38,990 bases of DNA, from positions 19,393 through 58,382 of the forward strand of contig NW_027192219.1 in NCBI RefSeq assembly GCF_041956535.1, given 5' to 3'. Under the pieces are notes generated by a model. That model saw nothing but the letters and a program-made list of their open reading frames with translations. It had not been told where the DNA came from and did not search any database. Shown piece by piece: positions 12,996-24,400 of this stretch (the first letter of the stretch is position 1; every line of letters starts with the position of its first letter). This DNA comes from Calcarisporiella thermophila CBS 279.70 (Eukaryota > Fungi > Calcarisporiellomycota). The position numbers and the translations under genes were made by a program.

Positions 12996-13546
12996 NNNNN
13001 NNNNNNNNNNNNNNNNNNNNNNNNNNNNNNNNNNNNNNNNNNNNNNNNNNNNNNNNNNNNNNNNNNNNNNNNNNNNNNNNNNNNNNNNNNNNNNNNNNNN
13101 NNNNNNNNNNNNNNNNNNNNNNNNNNNNNNNNNNNNNNNNNNNNNNNNNNNNNNNNNNNNNNNNNNNNNNNNNNNNNNNNNNNNNNNNNNNNNNNNNNNN
13201 NNNNNNNNNNNNNNNNNNNNNNNNNNNNNNNNNNNNNNNNNNNNNNNNNNNNNNNNNNNNNNNNNNNNNNNNNNNNNNNNNNNNNNNNNNNNNNNNNNNN
13301 NNNNNNNNNNNNNNNNNNNNNNNNNNNNNNNNNNNNNNNNNNNNNNNNNNNNNNNNNNNNNNNNNNNNNNNNNNNNNNNNNNNNNNNNNNNNNNNNNNNN
13401 NNNNNNNNNNNNNNNNNNNNNNNNNNNNNNNNNNNNNNNNNNNNNNNNNNNNNNNNNNNNNNNNNNNNNNNNNNNNNNNNNNNNNNNNNNNNNNNNNNNN
13501 NNNNNNNNNNNNNNNNNNNNNNNNNNNNNNNNNNNNNNNNNNNNNN
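12996..13546. other. scaffold gap (551 N) flanked by a duplicated T-rich sequence
   Basis: 12760-12995 recurs at 13547-13765 with homopolymer and indel differences. Confidence 0.95.
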
Positions 13547-14139
13547 AGAATTCTTTTTTTTTTTTGAGAGAAATGAAAGCCTGGTTGTGAAAGCTTGGTT
13601 TCGGGTTTGGATTTATTTGAGAATTTTGTCTAAAACATGGGATTGCTTTTTTTCTTTCTTATTTTTCTTTTTTTTTTTTACTTTTACTCTTCTTTTCTTT
13701 TATCTTCTTTTTTTTTCATTTATGCTGCGTTATCTCTTTTACTTGGATGGTTTCCAAGCTTGTTTGTCTTTTTTGGATCGTTTTCAATTTTTTATTCTTG
13801 TGTTTTTTTTATTGGGGCTGGGCGAGGCTATGTGTGTAAGAAATTTCCACTTTCTCTCATTTCTCTTCCAATTCTCGTGTTTTTTGTTTTTGCGCGCTTC
13901 TTTTTTACGTGAGGGAACCACAAGAGCGTTCCTCATATTACTTCGGAAACTGGCCATAAAAATTAAATTATTACACGAGGTACCCTAACGATCTTTGCCA
14001 GATTCGATTGTCCGACGTAAATTATCGGTACCAAATTTTTTTTTGCAATTAGTGATAAAAAAAAAGAGGCTCACACAATTATCTTCATTTGTTCCAGCTT
14101 TCAAAGCTATAGATCTAATTGAGATTTGTACTATAAGAC

Positions 14140-16483
14140 ATGGGACAGGGTACATTGGAAAGTCTGAATTCCTCCTCACACGTCCCTTTCACACGAAGGC
14201 GGCGCATACAAATTGCGTGCAATGCCTGTAGAAAGAGCAAGCAAAAGTGCACTGGGACCGAACGTATGGTCTTCTCCCCCTGGGCTTTTGGCTCTTGTGA
14301 ATGAATCAGACCTTCTAATTTCCTCTTTTTTTTTAATTATAAAGACAATTCCTCGAAACCTTGCGATCGCTGTAGGTCCAAATCCATAACCTGTGTATAT
14401 GAAAGAGACTCGTCGCAGGTGGCAGGCTTCGAAAATCATCTGGCACGAATCGAGTGGTCGCTCTCCACCATTCGTAATCGCTACCTGCATGCCCCACGCA
14501 CTACAGATCATCCTCCTTGCTCCTCTCCCTCCACCACCTCCACCACTTCCACCACGTCACCCAATCCCTCGCTTACCTCTAGTCATTTTCCGTCTATGCA
14601 ACTAAATTTCGGATCTCTCACTGTTCCCACGCACGCTAAAGTGGATTCTCGGTCTTCACCGGAGACTAGCGCGCAGCCAGGAGATCCAAGCGAAATAATA
14701 GACCAACTCATTCATGGGTTTGGCAATTTCACACTCCATGTTAACAATATTATTAACCAGCCATTCGTGATGCAGTCAGAGCCACCCCAGCCTACCTCCC
14801 AAGTTACGCAAGCCTTGTTTCCGGCCCCGGAAGTGGTCAATAGGCTGGTCAATCTCTATTTTGACTATAAGCACTCGACCTTCCCGTTTATTTACCGCAA
14901 GTCGTTCCTTGCCAAACTGAACAGCCCGACAAATCCTCCTCCCCCCGCCCTTGTTCTTGCTCTGATGGCCCACGGCTCCAAGTTTGCAAATGACATGAAT
15001 CTTTGCGTAAATTCGGCCCCCGAGACGACCGGATCCCAGTTCATCGAGCAGGCCAAGCTGCTCGCATGGAGGGACATTTCACGTCCATCCGTCACCACCG
15101 TTCAAGTTCTACTATTGGTGTGCACCTTTGAGGATGGGAGCTCGCGTTTCAGTCGGGCTCCAATTGCATCTGGTAACCTGGTTTCTCCGGACACTTTAAA
15201 GTGTATAAGGATTGTCTGACTTTGTTCTGTCGAATATAGCCACTGCCGCAAGAATGTGCTATCTTCTTCGGCTCAATCGTGAGCAGACCTACTGCAAAAT
15301 GTCGCTTGAGGAGCGCATTGTTTGCCGGGCCGTGTTTATCTGCACCTGGCTGCTCGATACTGCACATGGTTGCTCGGAGGCAATCGATCTTCCTTTTTCA
15401 ATCCCGGAGGACACGTACGACACGAACTTCTGGTTCTCGGCGGAGGAGCTTGCTGAGATGCCCGAGCTCAAGCACCTGGAGGTGTGGGCGATCCTGCTCC
15501 GGCTTCGGCGTCAGGTTTGGCCGCGAAAGTCAATCAAGGACAGCGGATTGCCCCCACTCACACACCAACAGCTAGAGTCCATGCTGCTGCAGCTGGCAAA
15601 CATCCATAAAAATCTACCGCCTCATCTGCGGATCACCCCCATCCGACCCCAGGATGTGCACTCATGCCTTGCGATGCCCCCCAATCTTTCACCCTTCTCT
15701 GCCATAGCCCACTTGCTCGTCAATTTGGTCAAGCTTGAGCTGTGCTACTTTAGTGGAGGCTCCAACGCCCCCTCTCCCTCTAACTCATCACCATCTCGTA
15801 TGCCTTCCCCGTCACTCTACCACGAAACCCTTAACGATGCCGCGTGCAACATCACCTATATTGCGACCTTCATGAACGACCGCACCTACTTTAGCTTCAC
15901 CTTTAACCTACTGCTGACCATCGTGCTGTCCGCTGCACGCATTCATCTCAACTCCACTCTCTCCCGGGACCCTGATACCGCACAGCTCGGCTTTCTATGG
16001 CTTTCGCGTAATCTGAACGCCCTGCTCGGCTTTCTTAACGTAATGCCCACCGTGGTCGGGCGAGAGCAAGCCTGGAACACCATGGAGGATGTTCTACGAG
16101 TATATAGCCTGGCGTGCTCGTGGATGGCACAGCCCCCGGGGACAAATAACCCGCTCATCAAGCATCCCGTTCCAGCGGTGCGATGTCATCCACTGTCGAA
16201 CCTACCGTTGATGCCGTCGACCCCCTTCTTTTTGAATTTGCAGCAGCAGCAACAACAAATGACCATGCCGACCTTTTTCACTGACCCATCTTACTTTCCT
16301 GAGGTGACGGTAGCGAGTGCGGCCACGACCACCCCGGGCATTAATTGCAACGTGGCGAGCATGGATACGCTCTGTGAGAGCGTGGTAAGTCCGGAGACTG
16401 AGAGAGGAGAAATGGCCAATTACTACCCTGAGCAAAACCCGCTCCCCACGACGTTCGATATGAACTCGATGTTTCCCCCCTAA
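14140..16483 (+). CDS. Zn(II)2Cys6 transcription factor with a fungal-specific TF (middle homology) domain
   Basis: ACNACRKSKQKC...PCDRCRSKSITC assembled across intron ~14264-14344; LVNLYF..KH..FPFI motif; second intron near 15173-15239; Q/P-rich tail. Confidence 0.88.
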
Positions 16484-17508
16484 GTGATCTCGGACGGCTC
16501 TGCTCTTCGCTTGCAACAACTTCCCCAGCCCTCCCCGCTTCCCCAGATCCCCTTGATGGGAACGGATCACTTGCGCATCCCTTCCTTTGAGAGAGGGCTG
16601 AAAAAATAGGAGCCCAGATGCGCAGCTCTGTTAAGGCAGGTCGGCCACTCGAAAGCCCGGGGAGTTGATGTGACCGGAGTAGACCATTTAAAAGAAACAC
16701 CTGGAGATATATATACATCCATATTTATACAATTCTCTCTGCACAAATTGTCATTTAACGCTTAGTAATACTAGGGTTTGAATCCAATTCTCAGACCCCC
16801 CCTCTTTTTTTTCTTTATTATTTGCACACCATTTTAATCGTAATCTTTGTAAATATAGTAGACCACTTCTAATACAATGGATTTTGTTTGTTTTCTTCTT
16901 GATCTAATGTGGGTCCATGATGATGACCCGTATCACCTAATTCCATGCATCGGTTGGGCGCCATGGTAGATCGCCCCCCTCTTTGATCGTGTGGAGCTTC
17001 ATTACCTCCAGTTTTTGGCTTGATTACGAGAGCTATATACGTATTGGTATATAGCTTAACGTCCATTCTGACATACAGTGCTTGACTCGATGAAATTTGC
17101 AGCCAAACCGGTGTGATTTCTACACCAAGAAGATGCAATTTAAAAGCTAGGAAAGCCGCCCCTTGCGAACCGGTTTAACCTCTGGTTGAAATGCGGAGGA
17201 AAACTCGCTTCGACACGGTGGGCAGGCCCACTCTAACCTTATCCCTTAACATTTATATACTAGCACTTACTGTCTTTCATAACTCCACTTTTCCGTCTAT
17301 TAAACCTAATAGTGCAACCTGAGCGCGGTAGAGAAGCCAAGTGGTCCCCATACCAGACAGTGTAGGCTCTCCTTTCTTTTGCTCCTTGTTAACTTGATTA
17401 TATTCCTCGAGCAGAGATAAATTTACATTTGCATTTCGCTAATACACCGTGCCTATCGCCTCGTGGCTTCTTGTAGTTAGCTTTGTGGCCTTTTTTCGGT
17501 GAACCGCA

Positions 17509-18768
17509 ATGACCATCCGAGCGAGTATCCTCGATTTCTCATCTCTTTCTCCTACAACCGGGACGGCATTAGGAATGCGGGAGCCGGACGATCCCTGGAA
17601 ACGGCAGAGTCTCTTTGGCGATATCGGTGCAATGCTCGACTTAAATTTCCCTGTACTGCAGGAGGACAAGTTAGCGAAAGAATGCGAGAAGGAGATAGAC
17701 ATTCCCGATGAACTTTCGAGTGTTCACTATTTGGCGCCGCGTCCGCTCTGCGCACCGTTATGGAACCGAATGCAGCGTGCAATGGTGATAAACCTTCGAG
17801 AGCTGTGGAAGGAGAAGAGACGCGGGAAAGAAGCTAGTGAGGAAGAGGTGACAGAGAGGAAGAGCCGGGAAGAGGGATGGTTCATGATCCCGCCCGTCCT
17901 CAACTTGAATTTGAACTTTCAGGTCAGTTTGCGCGAGGATCTGGTGGAGCCTCTGCGGCAGCGCGGCATCCCGAAACTTTTCCGCAGTCTAAGTCTCGAA
18001 TCGCGGAAGCGGGCCACCATCGATGCTAGGTCCACCCCTGACGCAGTAGAGCCTTCCGTCCCACCTGAAGACAACGTCATTCGAATAGATCGATATTCTC
18101 ACAATGAGAAGCCCGAAGTCCCGAGGTCCACAGCCTCATCGGGCCCAGATCGTGGTAGACTTGACCACAACCGGGCCGATATTCATTGGCGCGAACACCT
18201 TCTGGAACAATCTCTTCAACTCTATCTTGGCCTTTCCGAAAAAAATAACGACTCGAGGCCGGCTCGTCTCCCGGGTGCCAAGAGGAAAAAATCAAAGCTC
18301 AAGCGGGGCCGAAACGTCAGTCAGGATAGCGCGGTGGTCATTTCGGAACCCACCGAACAGTGTGCGGTGAAGCCAATTGTAAAACAGTGTGACCTCATGA
18401 AGACAATGGAAGAGGGGTTTGTCGATTTTCCGTCCACTTCATCGCATAACTCGAGTGAGAGCACGCTCGAGGACGGCCCCTTTGTCCTCGACACCGCGCC
18501 GCCGATGGATGTCAAAGCGGCCACCCCATTATCGGCCGTGGAGCTCCAATTAGACCAACTGGGATCTCTACGTCTCACCTGGTGCTCATCCAACCTGACG
18601 GACAAGAGCGAAGTATGTGAATGGTGTGGAGATGACCAAGAGAACGAGCTAACACGATCTTCCTCATCCCTATCGACCCTCAGCACTTGTTCCATGTGTC
18701 AACAAAATGTCACTGACAAAGAACTGTTTCATCCCTGGTCCTTTCAAGCAAGCTCCGTACCATCCTAA
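17509..18768 (+). CDS. hypothetical 419-aa intronless protein, largely low-complexity
   Basis: Long open frame, GC-richer than its flanks, with a basic NLS-like KRKKSKLKR and C-terminal CEWC...CSMC. No family recognised. Confidence 0.75.
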   Translation: MTIRASILDFSSLSPTTGTALGMREPDDPWKRQSLFGDIGAMLDLNFPVLQEDKLAKECEKEIDIPDELSSVHYLAPRPLCAPLWNRMQRAMVINLRELWKEKRRGKEASEEEVTERKSREEGWFMIPPVLNLNLNFQVSLREDLVEPLRQRGIPKLFRSLSLESRKRATIDARSTPDAVEPSVPPEDNVIRIDRYSHNEKPEVPRSTASSGPDRGRLDHNRADIHWREHLLEQSLQLYLGLSEKNNDSRPARLPGAKRKKSKLKRGRNVSQDSAVVISEPTEQCAVKPIVKQCDLMKTMEEGFVDFPSTSSHNSSESTLEDGPFVLDTAPPMDVKAATPLSAVELQLDQLGSLRLTWCSSNLTDKSEVCEWCGDDQENELTRSSSSLSTLSTCSMCQQNVTDKELFHPWSFQASSVPS

Positions 18769-19560
18769 CTTGGATGTGGCAAGCTCTGCATCCTTCTCCG
18801 ACAATCGTTTGCATTGAAATTGTTCACTTCTTCTCCCTTTGTCTGATCATTCGCCTTGTCTCTTCCTACACTATGACGCCACACCCTGTATAACGAAAAT
18901 GACACGCTGCCAATATCACATCTCATTACTCACTTCTTGAATTTGTACAATTGCTAGGGAAACTCTTTTGTTCTATTTTTTTTTTTCTTATAAATTTAAT
19001 ATATTTATCTATCTCTAATCTCTCCATAATAAGTATTCTCCGCCTGAATTGCTCTTCACCTATTCATAAAACCCCCTTTCCTCGGTACCCATCGGGTGGC
19101 AAATTGGAAACACAGTCACAACGAAACCATAGCAGTAATAAAATTAGCTTTAATGAATATCCGTTCCACAGATATATCTCTTGTGAATAAAGCTTGGAAT
19201 AATAGCCTTTTGTGTGCTCCAAATAGAAGCGACCCGGTTGATATGTGCTGATAAGAGGTGTTTCCTATATGGGATCAACCAACCAACAGGGATCGTATGG
19301 GATGACCATTTATAGATTACGAAATAAAAAAAACAACTACGTAATATGAAGTAGCCAGGAAAGATGATTAGTTTTCAAACCAATGATACATTTGAGGTCG
19401 TCTGTGTAGAGCCCAAAATTTCTTTAAAAGTTGGAATATATTTTTATTACGTTGCATTTCTTTTTTGTATGTAAAGAACAGTCATTGGAAAAATAAAGAG
19501 AAAGTTTATCATCGAAAATAGAATCTTCCAGAGAGTCTATTTTACAGAGCAAGTGAAAGA

Positions 19561-19875
19561 TCAGTTTGATTCAATACGTTTTTTCGTAGGTTTTGGTGCT
19601 TTATGCTTCAAGTCTTGGAATTCATGGCATTTCCACCCATCATAAGGTCCATAGTCGCAGTAGTTGGTCTCACCGCATGTACCTTGGCCTTTTATAGCCC
19701 AGATGAAATCATTTGTGTTAACAAAGCGATTTCTACTCAAAAGCAGATAATATTAGGCATTCTTACATTCTGTCCAGATAACGCCCTTGTAGCAGACACA
19801 CCGAGCAGCCTCAATGGTGGAGGCAGCACTGATAATGACAGCGGCAATGAGAAAAAGTAGAGAAATGGCTTTCAT
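19561..19875 (-). CDS. small secreted cysteine-rich protein, 78 aa (exons 19875-19767, 19688-19561)
   Basis: Signal peptide MKAISLLFLIAAVIISAASTIEA. A GTAAGA...AAG intron (19766-19689) gives 6 Cys. TATAAAA lies ~105 nt upstream. Confidence 0.75.
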
Positions 19876-20466
19876 CTTCTTGCGTAATCTAGGGGACAGA
19901 TGGGGTGGAAGAAAAGGAGACGGAGTGGAGAGAAAAAGGTAAACAACAGACATGCTTCACCGGTAGAGAGGCCTCAGGTTTTATACCAGCGACAATACCA
20001 GCAGAGTTTGTTGGAGAGGCACCGGATTCATTCTTGCTCTCTCCAAAAAGTTTGACCCCGCGGTAGAAACAAAGTTCCCAAGAAAGAAGACTCATAGCTA
20101 AAAGAAGAGCCAATGTAAACGGCCTTCCCAGACACTTGTGTATCAAGGAGAAAAGGTAGAACTTTCTCTCTCAAATATCAGCCCTCAATCTTGGAACAAA
20201 CTCTTTAGATTGAAAAAAAAGCCAGAACTTGCACCAGTGCATCTCCGCAGCCCCCCCCTCCCACTCGAGACCCAACGAGGAGCGTTCAATTAGGTAAAAA
20301 TTGCTTTGATCAGCCCATTCGGTTGTCGGTGTTCCATATAAGTTTTGGCAGGGCTGTTTCGCTGGGAGAGATACAGGGGGAACCATCGTACCATAAGTAG
20401 GGGAGAGAATACAAGCTATAGATTTTTCTCAAAGCTGTTTCACAAATCGCGAATTCGAAACTAAAG

Positions 20467-20940
20467 GTTGACTACACAAGGACGAGTTCTAGAGGGGAAC
20501 CCTCCCAACCTAGCCCATTCACTCGGCCACACCTATTCCACAAGTGAATATATCACTACATCCAGGGGCTAAGACGGTTAACCTCTGCGCTACCAACCCT
20601 ATCTCACCATAGCTTGGCGAATAGCCAGTCGGACGACCTACGCAAGCGTGCACCGCTTTGAGAAAGAGCTTAATGCTCCTTTAATTAACCCTATAGTTTA
20701 AGTCGGATTAGGTTTGGGCCTTCCTATAATGTGATAGCCTTTGTGATAGGATTTGTTTGGTGCACACCGGAGTCAAGGCTATTTCGATGGTCAGAGTCAC
20801 GGCTTACCATTCGTTACTCAAAACTCTCTGAGTGTTCTGCTTCAAGCTCTCTTGGAGAACACAACCTCTTTGGGTGAGAAAATTTAAACTTGGTGGGGGA
20901 GCGCAGATAGACTATTGTACAAAAGCCTTAAGCAGACAAC
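20467..20940 (-). ncRNA. candidate structured non-coding RNA (~474 nt), family unassigned
   Basis: The ends pair (13/15 bp), several nested 7-10 bp long-range helices are present, most G-U pairs favour the minus strand, TATATAAAA lies ~40 nt upstream and there is no ORF >=60 aa. Confidence 0.55.
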
Positions 20941-21675
20941 TGATATCCGCTTTATAAGGGAAAACCCTCGGTTAATTGTTTTATATAGCTTGCTTCGCGT
21001 CAGCCTGCGTGCGTTTCTAACGCGGGCCAGACACCTATAGATACCTATAGGCATGGGGAAGGGAGATGGTGTACAGAGTATTCGGAAGCATGCAACGCAA
21101 GCTGGGATTTTACGATTGAAAGGATGGTTGGTTGTTGATGGTTGTTCCTATGATCGTGTGCCATGTTCTTTCGGTGAAGGAGAGTGGCGTGAATCTTCAA
21201 TAGAATGACCATTGTGTTCTTGATATTCAATTATAGTGATGCTGGATATGACTTGGTTTGCGAATGAACTAAACAATCAATACTGCATTTTGACACTATT
21301 AAAGGTTGTCAACTGTTCACTCAGGCGGAGAATAATTCTAAATTTCTAAAGTGTCCCCCCCCCCTCTTCCTTCTAAGCTCGCGAGTATTAAGGAAAAAGT
21401 CCTGTGGATTTGACCCCAGCCTTTGTATTTCCATAAAAAGCTGCTACAATAGATATCTAGGGTTTTTCATTAAAATCGAGTTAGAATATGGAACAAATTA
21501 ATGGAGCCAGTAACCGAGTATGAATAGAGTCTGTGAGTGTTTTAAAGAGTGAGGAAATAAAATATTGAAAAGGAAAAAGAAAAAGATCACTAGAGAATTT
21601 GTATGCCATCAGTTGAAGTAAACAATAGTGAGAAATATTGCATGCACGCAATCCATCATCTCTTCCGACGTTCCC

Positions 21676-22596
21676 TTAAGACGCCAGGGTCAGCTTGGAC
21701 AATTTGTCGCTTAAATCCACCTTCCCCTCTTTGTCGTTTCCAACCAGAGGCTTTCCAGCCTCCTCATCGTTCAGAATATCCTCCTCTTCGTCCAAGAGCA
21801 AAGAGCTTATTCTTGGCCACGCGTCGGGGCGTGTCGGGCACACCACGGACTTCAGTTTGGAGAGTATATCTGCATTGTTGTTGTTCTGGCGGTGATTTGA
21901 CTGTAGGAGAGTGAGTAGATGATGGTAGAGCTCTTCGGAAGAAAGGAGCACGCGAATGGTTGAGAGTGTCTCAATATCAAACCCTAGAGAGTGCAATATG
22001 CCTGAATTAGTGTGTGGGGGGGAGGGGGTTGGAGTTGCAAAGATGTCGTGGATAACTCACCGAATTCATCGCAAATTTCGGCCTCTAGCATCACTATCTC
22101 AACAGCCAAACGCTTCTCAGGCACTTTTGCCAGTACTTCCTGTACTCCTCGCATAATCTCCTCATGCTCCACATTCAGATCTCCAAGACGCAGAGCATTA
22201 AGATATTGCGAGAATGCTTCTCCACCACCTATCGCTTGCTCGACGCGTGAAAGCACATCCATAATCTGGGCTAGTTGACGAAGCGTGTGAGCGAAATGGT
22301 CATCACGCGATGCTCGATCGAGGTGCTGAGTGGCAGCAAGAACAAGAGCAGGATCGGCCGATCTAGAAGCGATGGCAGCAATGGTGTTTGAATTTTGCAC
22401 TACTGGGTCTTGGGTCGTCACTAAAGCCTTTAGGAGATCGGAAAATTCTTGGTTGGGAAAAAAAAAGAATGAAGTAAGAAAGTCTTCAATTGAATTCTCA
22501 TATATGTTTACCGCAGTCGTCCGGAAGAGACTCCCTAACGGCGGTAAGCCATTCATAGAGTTTAAGTTCGGGTGTTGCGGGCGTGGTCTGCTCCAT
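21676..22596 (-). CDS. hypothetical protein, ~265 aa, 3 exons (22596-22512, 22447-22061, 22001-21676)
   Basis: Two GT-AG introns join three ORF-track fragments in frame (MEQTTPATPELKLYEWL...LSKLTLAS). No family recognised. Confidence 0.75.
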
Positions 22597-22773
22597 TTGT
22601 TTCGTGTTGGAGAAATAAAGAAGAGAGCTGATAAAAAAAATATCCGCTTTATACAGATCGATCGTCTTCGTACTTGTGGCGTGGAGAATGGATTCAAATT
22701 CCTCGTGTTGAATATTCGTCGAAATATCCTGCAAAATTACCTGTAATTTTATGGAATAAAACGACTAACAGGA

Positions 22774-24011
22774 ATGCAGTTCAACCGTCAACACCATGCT
22801 GCACTCCTCACAGTTCCTTTGCGTCCCTTACCAGCAACTAGCTTCCTTCTAGTCAAGTTTCTCTTTCGAGACGCAGACTACATTATACTTGCGACCGATC
22901 TCAAAAGGCTATGGTATGAAGCTGCGGACGAGAACTCGATCGGCCAGAAAATCGATCAGTCCCAGTTAGGGACAGAGATACGCTCATTTCTATCTATTCT
23001 GAGGGAAATGCTGGAGAGACCCCAGAAAGAGGCTAGCATCAAATTTAGTGACGAAAAGGTATATTAAACAGCTTTTACGTGTTCTTGATAGTTCGAGTAA
23101 ATTCTCTCCTCCTTTTATATTTCTCCATAAGCTAATTATAACCCTAACCAGATGTCATGGTCTAGTAGAGATAGTATGGGATTTTGTGTGCACCGCCGTC
23201 CATCCTGAGGGGGAGGTAACGCCCGAAGAGCTCTTCTTTTCCCATGTAACCCTTCCGTTGGCTATTTTTGCGTCCGCCGCGTACCAGCAGGTTAACATGC
23301 TTGAGGATGTAGCACACAAAAAGGACCGGGAGATAATCAAAGCCCAAAAGTTATTGAAGGAGGCAGGATACTCCGCACATGCTCTCAGTTAGTTATTTAC
23401 ACTTTCGTTCCTCGCGAACTATGTAGCTTATTTCTGCATCTTTGATAATTTGATCGATAGAAAGTGAGTCGAAAGACTCGAAGAGCTCTGCTGTAGAAGA
23501 CAGCCTGAAGGAGGTGATTTTCTTTCTTTTTTTTTTCGCAATGAGGATGCTAACATCCTGTGTCCTAGTCTATCTCCAACTCTTCCCTCTCAAAAGTCTA
23601 CGAGTTTTTCAAGCAAGACTCCATTTCATCCCTGTTACAATATGCAATGAAGGCCCAGTTTCCTGAAGGTAACGTCGGAAGATTTTGATTTGCATCCCAT
23701 TGCCAATCTATAAACGTCAAATCTGATCCAGTCACCCTTTCATTACCACAGCTTCTACACCTTTTTCGTTACTGGAGCAATCCACTCAAAAATCCCTTGG
23801 AAGCTCTCCTATATCTCCTGAAAATCTCCCCACAGCAATTTCTAGTGATGAAGGTATGGATTCCACGATAAAGGCTGAAGACTTGGCTCTTCCTAGCGGA
23901 GCAAATAGTTCACCCATATATCGGGAAAAAAAACGACGGGAGCAGCAAAAGAAAGCCCTTGAGGAAGCAAAAGAGGAGCTGACGAAGAGGAAAAGGAAGA
24001 AACTGCTATGA
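22774..24011 (+). CDS. NHEJ1: XLF/Cernunnos/Nej1-family non-homologous end-joining factor
   Basis: LLVKF.F....Y.I..TDL..LW.E head, W.F.C, F..H...PL, coiled coil KKDREI, and a basic-hydrophobic C-terminus KRKRKKLL resembling the XLF Ku-binding motif. Confidence 0.78.
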
Positions 24012-24400
24012 TACCACGGATAACCAATACAGATTGGTGGCGTGATATATTTGCGACAAAAATTCAATAAATCATATATATTTACATATGTATTTATGTA
24101 TTTTCACTATAATGTTTGGAATACACTTTGATGCCTGCTGAAAGTGGCGGGAAAACCTCTGGGGTAAGTCAGGGAACGAGGGTCCATTTATTCAGACTAC
24201 TTGGAACATTTCTTGACAAAATATAAAATGCATCTTGATATATTACAAGCGAGTGAGACATCGGGATCGAGTGAAAATAGAGTCTTCGTATACAACCCGG
24301 AATCACTAATGAATGCAGAAAAAAAAATGATATACATATATATTGTGGATATTTGTGGAAATAGGTGATGAAAAGTAAAATGGGCCCGATCAATTTGTCC

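Noticed and set aside
12760-13765. Tandem duplication of the PBP1 3' UTR
   Set aside because: The copies abut an N gap and differ mainly by homopolymer indels that worsen toward the gap, which is typical of unmerged overlapping contig ends.
12851-13988. Long Phe-rich / X-containing ORFs
   Set aside because: Artefacts of the N run and the T-rich UTR.
23139-23149. Telomere-like TAACCCTAACC
   Set aside because: It lies in an XLF coding exon (I-T-L-T) and is under two repeats.
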